Shown here: positions 50,801 through 59,782 of the stretch, in pieces | How the letters are laid out: the number at the start of each line of letters is the position of its first letter | Numbering within the stretch: the first letter of the stretch is position 1 | From: Eledone cirrhosa | Taxonomy: Eukaryota | Direction: 5' to 3' | Length of the DNA: 64,000 nucleotides | Assembly (NCBI GenBank): GCA_964016885.1 | Contig: OZ024743.1 | Coordinates: 2,852,001 to 2,916,000, forward strand | Translations under genes and position numbers: made by a program | Notes under the pieces: generated by a model | What the model saw: the letters and a program-made list of their open reading frames with translations, nothing else | Told to the model about the DNA's origin: nothing | Databases searched by the model: none

Positions 50801-53602
50801 GTTGTGCTGAAGACAGCAGTTAGCACCCAGTTGTCCATGTAAAGTGGTTGTGCTGGAGACAACAGTTAGCACCCAGTTGTCCCTGTAAAGTGGTTGTGCT
50901 GCAGACAACAGTTAGCACCCAGTTGTCCCTGTAAAGTGGTTGTGCTGCAGACAACAGTTAGCACCCCGTTGTCCCTGTAAAGTGGTTGTGCTGGAGACAA
51001 CAGTTAGCACCCAGTTGTCCCTGTAAAGTGGTTGTGCTGGAGACAACAGTTAGCACCCAGTTGTCCCTGTAAGGTGGTTGTGCTGAAGACAACAGTTAGC
51101 ACCCAGTTGTCCCTGTAAAGTGGTTGTGCTGGAGACAACAGTTAGCACCCAGTTGTCCCTGTAAAGTGGTTGTGCTGCAGACAAGTTAGCACCCAGTTGT
51201 CCCTGTAAAGTGGTTGTGCTGGAGACAACAGTTAGCACCCAGTTGTTCCTGTAAAATGGTTGTGCTGGAGACAACAGTTAGCACCCAGTTGTCCCTGTAA
51301 AGTGGTTGTGCTGGAGACAACAGTTAGCACCCAGTTGTCCCTGTAAAGTGGTTGTGCTGGAGACAACAGTTAGCACCCAGTTGTCCCTGTAAAGTGGTTG
51401 TGCTGGAGACAACAGTTAGCACCCAGTTGTCCCTGTAAAGTGGTTGTGCTGGAGACAACAGTTAGCACCCAGTTGTCCCTGTAAAGTGGTTGTGCTGGAG
51501 ACAACAGTTAGCACCCAGTTGTCCCTGTAAAGTGGTTGTGCTGAAGACAACAGTTAGCACCCAGTTGTCCCTGTAAAGTGGTTGTCTGCAGACAACAGTT
51601 AGCACCCAGTTGTCCCTGTAAGGTGGTTGTGCTGGAGACAACAGTTAGCACCCAGTTGTGCCTGTAAAGTGGTTGTGCTGAAGACAACAGTTAGCACCCA
51701 GTTGTCCCTGTAAAGTGGTTGTGCTGGAGACAACAGTTAGCACCCAGTTGTCCCTGTAAGGTGGTTGTGCTGGAGACAACAGTCAGCACCCAGTTCACCC
51801 TGTAAGGTGGTTGTGCTGGAGACAACAGTCAGCACCCAGTTCACCCTGTAAGGTGGTTGTCTGCAGACAACAGTTAGCACCCAGTTGTCCCTGTAAGGTG
51901 GTTGTGCTGGAGACAACAGTTAGCACCCAGTTCACCCTGTAAGGTGGTTGTGCTGGAGACAACAGTCAGCACCCAGTTCACCCTGTAAGGTGGTTGTCTG
52001 CAGACAACAGTTAGCACCCAGTTGTCCCTGTAAGGTGGTTGTCTGCAGACAACAGTTAGCACCCAGTTGTCCCTGTAAGGTGGTTGTCTGCAGACAACAG
52101 TTAGCACCCAGTTGTCCCTGTAAGGTGGTTGTGCTGGAGACAACAGTTAGCACCCAGTTGTCCCTGTAAGCTGGTTGTGCTGAAGACAACAGTTAGCACC
52201 CAGTTGTCCCTGTAAAGTGGTTGTGCTGGAGACAACAGTTAGCACCCAGTTCACCCTGTAAGGTGGTTGTGCTGGAGACAACAGTCAGCACCCAGTTCAC
52301 CCTGTAAGGTGGTTGTCTGCAGACAACAGTTAGCACCCAGTTGTCCCTGTAAGGTGGTTGTGCTGGAGACAACAGTTAGCCCTCAGTTCACCCTGTAAAG
52401 TGGTTGTCTGCAGACAACAGTTAGCACCCAGTTCACCCTGTAAAGTGGTTGTGCTGGAGACAACAGTTAGCACCCAGTTGTCCCTGTAAGGTGGCTGTCT
52501 GCAGACAACAGTTAGCACCCAGTTCACCCTGTAAAGTGGTTGTGCTGGAGACAACAGTTAGCACCCAGTTGTCCCTGTAAAGTGGTTGTGCTGGAAACAA
52601 CAGTTAGCACCCAGTTGTCCCTGTAAAGTGGTTGTGCTGGAGACAACAGTTAGCACCCAGTTGTCCCTGTAAGGTGGTTGTGCTGGAGACAACAGTTAGC
52701 ACCCAGTTGTCCCTGTAAGGTGGTTGTGCTGGAGACAATAGTTAGCACCCAGTTCACCCTGTAAAGTGGTTGTGCTGGAGACAACAGTTAGCACCCAGTT
52801 GTCCCTGTAAGTGGTTGTGCTGGAGACAACAGTTAGCACCCAGTTCACCCTGTAAGGTGGTTGTGCTGGAGACAACAGTCAGCACCCAGTTCACCCTGTA
52901 AGGTGGTTGTTTGCAGACAACAGTTTGCACCCAGTTGTCCCTGTAAGGTGCTTGTGCTGGAGAGAACAGTTAGCACCCAGTTCACCCTGTAAGGTGGTTG
53001 TGCTGGAGACAACAGTCAGCACCCAGTTCACCCTGTAAGGTGGTTGTCTGCAGACAACAGTTAGCACCCAGTTGTCCCTGTAAGGTGGTTGTCTGCAGAC
53101 AACAGTTAGCACCCAGTTGTCCCTGTAAGGTGGTTGTCTGCAGACAACAGTTAGCACCCAGTTGTCCCTGTAAGGTGGTTGTGCTGGAGACAACAGTTAG
53201 CACCCAGTTGTCCCTGTAAGGTGGTTGTGCTGAAGACAACAGTTAGCACCCAGTTGTCCCTGTAAAGTGGTTGTGCTGGAGACAACAGTTAGCACCCAGT
53301 TCACCCTGTAAGGTGGTTGTGCTGGAGACAACAGTCAGCACCTAGTTCACCCTGTAAGGTGGTTGTCTGCAGACAACAGTTAGCACCCAGTTGTCCCTGT
53401 AAGGTGGTTGTGCTGGAGACAACAGTTAGCACCCAGTTGTCCCTGTAAGGTGGTTGTGCTGGAGACAACAGTTAGCACCCAGTTCACCCTGTAAAGTGGT
53501 TGTGCTGGAGACAACAGTTAGCACCCAGTCCACCCTGTAAGGTGGTTGTGCTGGAGACACAACACTTAGTATCCAATCCACCCTGTAAGGTGGTTGTGCT
53601 GG
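17861..53602 (+). repeat. ~35.7-kb satellite of 46/45-bp monomers (about 780 units) with higher-order structure
   Basis: Consensus ctgtaa(a/g)gtggttgtgctg(g/c/a)agacaacagt(t/c)agcacccagtt(gt/ca)cc; 45-bp variant gttgtctgcagacaac; single orientation, no interspersed insertions seen. Unit count estimated from length. Confidence 0.98.
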
Positions 53603-53779
53603 CATAAATGAAAAAGCACCCATTCCTTGTAACATGGTTGACATTAGAAATAGCATCCAGCTGTTGAAACCAAGCCAGAAATAGTTCCATATGAACAAGC
53701 TATAGTGGTCACCTGACCTGTCTCAGAATGTAGCAACCTATCCAACCATCGAAATAAAAGGTTAAACGGTGATGATGAT
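53603..53779 (+). mobile_element. RTE-type 3' tail terminating the large satellite
   Basis: aaaaagcaccca...tggttgacattagaaatagcatccagctgttgaaaccaagccagaa...gttaaacggtgatgatgat. Confidence 0.82.
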
Positions 53780-54108
53780 CTCTCTCTCTCACCATGTATA
53801 TGTAATATACTTAAAGATGTAGTGATGGTAGTGTTGACTTTATTTTTGTAAATGGATTTAAAAAACATTTAATACTAGAATTTTAATAAAAAAAAAAAAA
53901 GGCGTAGTCATTTAATATTGTAAGAATTTCACTTGTAACAAAACAATGTTGAAGCTATTTTAATATATTTCTGTATTAATGACATATTGTGTGTGTGAAC
54001 GCGCATAGATGTACATGCCCATATATGTATACATTTGTAGAATATGCTCTCATACACATATTACCAAACATGTCATTTGGTATACAACTAAAACCACAAT
54101 TATTGGCA

Positions 54109-54209
54109 TTGAAAGACCATGACAAGTGGAGAGACGCTTTGCTGAATAGGACCCATCCCACTCTTGCAAGCAGGGAAAAGTGGACGTAAAGTGATGATGA
54201 TGATGATGA
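54109..54209 (+). mobile_element. Extreme 3' end of an RTE LINE lacking the module region
   Basis: Encodes KDHDKWRDALLNRTHP, similar to HDRDLWRHAVIQSTQP of the 55527 LINE; ends ggacgtaaagt(gat)n. Confidence 0.7.
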
Positions 54210-54211
54210 AA

Positions 54212-54570
54212 GTGCCTAGTAGTGCTATTTTCTGTATGCTCTATATATTTGTAAGTCCTGGGGTACTCTGTAATCTGTGCAGTGCCCAGTAGTGCCATTT
54301 TCTGTATGCTGTATATGTTTGTAAGTCCTGGGGTTTTGGTTATGTATCAGTCTCTCTGTGTGCTTTTTTTTATCAATCCTAGAGCACCTTCTCTTTAGGA
54401 ATTGTTTCTGTTTCCACACCCATATTTTGGTTATTTCTAGCTCCAGATTTTTATATTTAGATAATTTTTCCATTTCCTTGAGATGTCAATCCAGAAGTAT
54501 TTCTTTTGCTTGTAATCATTACTTTAATATCTTGTTGATTGGCTTTGATCTCCCTCTCTGTGCACATTTT
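54212..54570 (-). mobile_element. Decayed R4/Dong-like (restriction-like endonuclease) LINE 3' fragment
   Basis: Minus-strand peptides TEREIKANQQDI, EKLSKYKNLELEITKIW and ALLGTAQI resemble the ANRPDI / EKxxKYxDLxxE / LLGTAHI motifs of RLE LINEs; frameshifted, with a 70-bp-period duplication at 54212/54282. Confidence 0.7.
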
Positions 54571-54659
54571 CTTATCTTTACACACTCTGTGTTTTGCACT
54601 GTGCTGTTCTTAATGTTTTTCTTTGTGTGAACCATTTGTGGTTAATAAAAAAATTATTT

Positions 54660-54822
54660 ACATCCCTTTACTTTCTGAGTTCAAATCCTGCCGAGGTTAG
54701 CTTTGCTTTTCATCTTTACGGGGTCGATAAAATAAAGTACCAGTAATGCACTGCGGTCAATTTCATCGACTTTCTCTCTCCCCTAAAATTGTTGGCCTTC
54801 TGTCTATCGTAGAAATTAATAT
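54660..54822 (+). mobile_element. Second-family SINE fragment
   Basis: ttctgagttcaaatcctgccgaggttagctttgcttttcatctttacggggtcgataaaataaagtaccag. Confidence 0.8.
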
Positions 54823-55374
54823 TTGTGTTTTTCCTTTATCTTCAGTTTTGTTGCCATGTCTTGCTGAGTGTCATATTATTATTATCATTATTATTTCTAT
54901 TGACAATATGAAAGTATGAGTATGACAGTTGCAATGAATAAATAAAAATAAAATACCCCTCCCCCAACAAACTATTATATTCTCAATAATAGTTTTTAAG
55001 AGAACACTTTATGACACTTCTGACTTTAACAAAAAATGTAGGCTGGGATGAGGGGGAAAAAGCAACAAATATACAAATAATAAAAGAAAAATGAGGGGTG
55101 GATACAAATAAATGTGAGGTTGGTATTTTATGAATATTGTTGTCTCATGAATTCTTTGGCTGTTCAAAAGTTTTTTTGTGTGTGTATGTATGTATATGCA
55201 GTGTATGTGTGTGTGTATATATATATATATTATATAGAAATGACTTCTACAAGGCACACATATTATATGTATGTATATTTGTGTGTGTGTGTGTATATAT
55301 ATATACACATACTCATATATGTACATACACACAAGTACAAATATATATATAAGCAGGGAAAAGCAGACGTAATA

Positions 55375-55401
<27 letters not shown>

Positions 55402-55409
<8 letters not shown>

Positions 55410-56676
55410 CAAAATGTTAACAAATGAAAAATATTCTCATAATCAAAATATATACTTTATTATATATATTTCAAAGGTACTGTGTTGTTTTTTCGGTACG
55501 TCCTCATCAGACAATATATGATTTGACCGAATTAGCAGCGGAGGTGGGAGTTCAGAAAGTACAATAACTAGGGTAAGAACGGGATGGAAGAAGTTCAGGA
55601 AACTACTGCCACTGCTAGCTGCAAAAGGCTTCTCCCTCAAAATGAAAGGCAGACTGTATGATGCGTGTATCCGAACAGCAATGTTACACGGTAGTGAGAC
55701 CTGGGCGCTGAAGGTGGAAGACTTACGTAGATTAGAGAGAAACGAAGCCTGCATGCTCCGATGGATGTGTAATAGTAATATACGCGAACAAGAAAGCATA
55801 AATGAATTGAGAGAGAGACTGAGCATAAGAGGAATCAAATGCTGTGTGCAGGAGAGGCGGTTGCGTTGGTATGAAGGATGACAGGTGCATAAAAAGGTGC
55901 AGAACACTAGAAGTCAATGGAAGCCGTGGAGTGGCGAGACCCAAGAAGACCTGGAATGAGGTGATAAAAGCCGACCTTACCCAATTACACCTCTCAAAGG
56001 CGATGACACACGACCGTGACCTCTGGCGTCACGCAGTAATACAGAGTACCCAACCTCCCATGGGTACAAGCTGAAGCATATAGACAATATGCCCCCACAC
56101 CCTCCCACTGCAAAGTGGTCGTGGAGGTGCCACGGCAAAAAAGCACCCAGCCCACACTGTAAAGTGGACGTGTAGGCGCCACGGAAAAAAGCACCCAGGA
56201 CTCACTGTAAATGAGGTTGGTGTTAGGAAGGGCATCCAGCTGTAAAAATCAAGCCAAAATCAGTTCCTGTATGAGCAAGGCATGGTCAGCCAACCAGACA
56301 CTGCCCACAACAGGACAACCCGTCTAACCCATGCTAGCATGGAAGAACGGATGTAAAACGGTGATGATGATATATGACATACTGCTACGGTCTTGATTAT
56401 TCAATTCCAGTATTGCCAATACTGGAATTGAATAATCAAGACCGTAGCGGTATGTCATATCAAATCATATATTTTGTCTGATGAGGACGTACTGAAAAAA
56501 CAACATAGTACCTTTGAAATATATATAATAAAGTATATATTTTGATTATGAGAATATTTTTCATTTAACATTTTGAATAATATTAAAAACTCCAGGAAAA
56601 CATTTCCTGTTGAGTGCTTCTAATCTATTGTAAAATTGTATTCGTTGAGTAATCAACGAACCATACTAATCTTTGG

Positions 56677-56677
<1 letters not shown>
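55402..56677 (+). mobile_element. Palindromic hammerhead-motif element (arms ~170 bp, centre 56416) with ~94-bp tail, left arm interrupted by an RTE LINE
   Basis: 55402-55526 plus 56373-56415 is the reverse complement of 56417-56583; CTGATGAggacgtac(t/c)GAAA in both arms; (TA)n on both sides. Confidence 0.7.
55527..56370 (+). mobile_element. 5'-truncated RTE-clade LINE: ORF C-terminus (frameshifted near 55875) and 3' UTR
   Basis: KGRLYDACIRTAMLHGSETW, MLRWM, RRLRWY, RGVARPKKTW, DRDLWR are typical post-RT RTE motifs; stop at 56074; UTR with two modules and (GAT)n end. Confidence 0.92.
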
Positions 56678-56713
<36 letters not shown>

Positions 56714-56717
<4 letters not shown>

Positions 56718-57852
56718 AAAATGGAACGGCAACAAAACAGAGGCAGTACGAACAAAGGTTTATTAGTTTCACGCTCTTGAGAGGGGGGGGGGGCGTTTCG
56801 GGAATAAGCCCTTCTTCAGGCGAAAAGTGTGTGGGAAGAGACTTTCAAGGGTGTGTAGGGGAGTGGGGGAGAGACATTTAGAAAAAAGGGGGTGAGAGGA
56901 AATGGTACAAATGAAAAGAAATATAAAAACATAATAAAAATAAACATGAAGATAAACAAGTGGTGGAAGGGTGTGGGGCGTGTAGGGGTGGAGTGGGGAG
57001 AGGAAGGTGGGGTGTCCGAGCGGGGAGGGCTGAAGGTGGTGTGTGTGTGTGTGTGTGTAGGTGTATGTGAATGTGAGAGTTGGGGGAAGAACAGGGTTGC
57101 ATGTTCAGGAAAAGGTGTGTGTGTGGGGTGGGGTGTAGGTCGGTGTGCGTGTGGGGAGGGGTCAGAGGGGTGGAGGAGGATTCCGGAGGCTGAGTGTGTA
57201 AATATGTGGCGGTACGCACGTGTGTGTGGTGTTTATACGTATTGTGGATGTAGGTGGCGTGTGGGAAAAATTTTTTTTTAGTGTATGTCCGTGGGTAAGT
57301 TCCTAAGGTAGTTCCGTAGAGGGTGTGGTGAGTTGCCGGGTATTTTCCTTGTGATGGAGTTGATTCGTGGGAGCGATGGCCAATGTGTGTAATCCGTGGT
57401 TGGGTTGGTCGGAAGAGAGGAGATGTGGGGTGCGCGCGCAACAGGAAGTGGTCAGAGGGTTGTGTGTCTGTGTGCGGAGAGGTGGTCAGAGATTCAGGGC
57501 ATAGCAGCAGTAGGGGAGAATGGCAGTGGAGAAAGTGGTATTAGTTGTGGGGTGGTGGGAGTGGATGTGTGGGTGAGGGTTAGTGGTGGTAGTAGGGTGT
57601 GTGGTTAGTGTGAGTGCGTGTATATATTTACCGGTAGGTGTGTGTGTGATAAGGGGAGGGAGGGGGGAGAAGAAAGGATGTTAGTATTGTTAGTTGGGGA
57701 AGGGTGGTTGGGTGTGGGGTGGGGGTGTTAGTATGGTTAGTTGTGGGGTGGGCAGTGAAAGGAGGAGTTTGTTAGTGGGGGATATGTGTGGGTCGGGGGC
57801 GGTCGAAGGCTAAATGAATAGGAGTGGGGAGTTCAGGCCGGGGGGGGGGGAA
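56714..57852 (-). mobile_element. ~1.14-kb strand-skewed non-coding insert with 3' hammerhead-like motif (Penelope/retrozyme-like)
   Basis: Minus strand CTGAAGA-A-GGG-cttatt-CCC-GAAA-CGC...GCGT at 56819-56771, then AATAAA; G/T-rich plus strand; TGGTTATATAT on both flanks. Confidence 0.55.
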
Positions 57853-57929
57853 TGGTTATATATCATACAAATACAAATATAGATATACATATAAACACGT
57901 ACATAAATATGTATATGCGCACGCGCACG

Positions 57930-58198
57930 CACCAGGTGCATTTTACCATGGCCACAGCACTAAAGGGAGGAGTAGTTGTCATGTCTTTGGTGGATGCCTT
58001 TCCTATCACCAACCACTCCAGAGTGTACTGGGTGTATTTACCATAACACCAACACTAGAAAGGTAGTCATGCTCTTGACACAAATGATGAGACCTCTTGA
58101 TGCTTTTGTTGGTATGGGTTCTAAGGCTAGATTTCTGTCCTAACACCAACCACTTAACACAGAGTGCTGGCTGTATTTTCTTGTGACCAGCACTAGGG
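57930..58198 (-). mobile_element. Degenerate module/tail fragments of the RTE-type family
   Basis: tggatgcctttcctatcaccaaccactccagagtgtactgggtg and cctaacaccaaccacttaacacagagtgctgg. Confidence 0.6.
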
Positions 58199-58257
58199 AG
58201 CTTCATCATAGACCCAACTGAAGAGTTCTCTCTATTCTTGGGGGTTGAGGTGCAATA

Positions 58258-59200
58258 AAGTATAAGTGTAAAACAGGTGTGGTGGTGTTTGACAGGGTGA
58301 TGTGGGGGAGGGGAGAGGATTGGTGGTTATATAAAGTATAGGTGTGAAACAGGTGTGGTGTTTGACAGGGAGATGTGGGAAGAGAGGAGTGGTTATATAT
58401 AGTATAGGTTTAAGACAGGTGTGGTGTTGTTTGACAGGTTGGTGGGGGAGGAGAGGAGTGGTTATATATAGTATAGGTTTAAGACAGGTGTGGTGTTGTT
58501 TGACAGGGTGGTGGGGGAGGAGAGGAGTGGTTATATATAGTATAGGTTTAAGACAGGTGTGGTGTTGTTTGACAGGTTGGTGGGGGAGGAGAGGAGTGGT
58601 TATATATAGTATAGGTTTAAGACAGGTGTGGTGTTGTTTGACAGGTTGGTGGGGGAGGAGAGGAGTGGTTATATATAGTATAGGTTTAAGACAGGTGTGG
58701 TGTTGTTTGACAGGTTGGTGGGGGAGGAGAGGAGTGGTTATATATAGTATAGGTTTAAGACAGGTGTGGTGTTGTTTGACAGGTTGGTGGGGGAGGAGAG
58801 GAGTGGTTATATATAGTATAGGTTTAAGACAGGTGTGGTGTTGTTTGACAGGGTGGTGGGGGAGGAGAGGAGTGGTTATATATAGTATAGGTTTAAGACA
58901 GGTGTGGTGTTGTTTGACAGGGTGGTGGGGGAGGAGAGGAGTGGTTATATATAGTATAGGTTTAAGACAGGTGTGGTGTTGTTTGACAGGGTGGTGGGGG
59001 AGGAGAGGAGTGGTTATATATAGTATAGGTTTAAGACAGGTGTGGTGTTGTTTGACAGGGTGGTGGGGGAGGAGAGGAGTGGTTATATATAGTATAGGTT
59101 TAAGACAGGTGTGGTGTTGTTTGACAGGGTGGTGGGGGAGGAGAGGAGTGGTTATATATAGTATAGGTTTAAGACAGGTGTGGTGTTGTTTGACAGGTTG
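58258..59200. repeat. 69-bp minisatellite, ~11.7 homogeneous units plus two diverged 5' units
   Basis: ggttatatatagtataggtttaagacaggtgtggtgttgtttgacagg(t/g)tggtgggggaggagaggagt at 58391, 58460 ... 59150. Confidence 0.96.
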
Positions 59201-59447
59201 ATGCTCTTATTCTCTTGAAGTATCTTTCCAAACATCAATTTACTGGGTTTAAAATTTATTTTTAAAATGAATTCCTTCTCTACAACCAATTGCTGAGTTA
59301 AACTACATTTCCTAACCCAATACTCTTTTATTCTTTTACTGGCGCCAGTTGTTGGGAGACTGTGGCCATGCTGGAACACCAGTTTGTTTAGCCAATTTTG
59401 GAGGCAGTAAAGATATAGTGGGACTGGGCTAGAATTAAACCCAGAAT

Positions 59448-59782
59448 CATCATCATCATCATCATTTTACGTCCGCTTTTCCCTGCTTGCAAGGGTGGGA
59501 CGGGAACTGATTCTGGCTTGATTTCTACAGCTGGATGGCCTTCCTAACACCAACCTCATTTACAGTGAGTGCTGGGTGCTTTTTTGCCGTGGCACCTCCA
59601 CGACCACTTTGCAGTGGAATGATATGGATCCCAGTCCCTATCATCTCATTTCTACAGCTGAGTAAACTGGAGCAATGTGAAATAAAGTGTCAAGGAAACA
59701 ACACATCACCCAGTCTGAGAATTGAACTCACAACCTTTCGATTGCAAGGCCAATGCTCTAACCACTAAGCCATGTGCCTCCA
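59448..59782 (-). mobile_element. Full-length tRNA/CORE SINE with RTE-type tail
   Basis: Near-identical to 2181-2525; CCAGAAT at 59441-59447 and 59799-59805. Confidence 0.88.

Noticed and set aside
17861-53602. CRISPR-like array
   Set aside because: Units are contiguous with no unique spacers, no cas genes, and the context is eukaryotic.
17796-53698. Dozens of short minus-strand ORFs (YRDNWVLTVV / TTTLQGQLGANCC)
   Set aside because: By-products of satellite periodicity, ended by a recurring stop codon; no domain or codon-level signal.
55642-56074. Functional CDS
   Set aside because: 5'-truncated, frameshifted RTE fragment with no RT core.
56878-57608. His/Pro/Thr-rich and Gly/Val-rich ORFs, possible GIY-YIG remnant
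   Set aside because: Low-complexity strand-skewed sequence; no GIY-YIG or RT motif found on manual reading.
58344-59201. 285-aa repeat protein
   Set aside because: Open only because the 69-bp unit is a multiple of 3; GTG start and no flanking gene structure.
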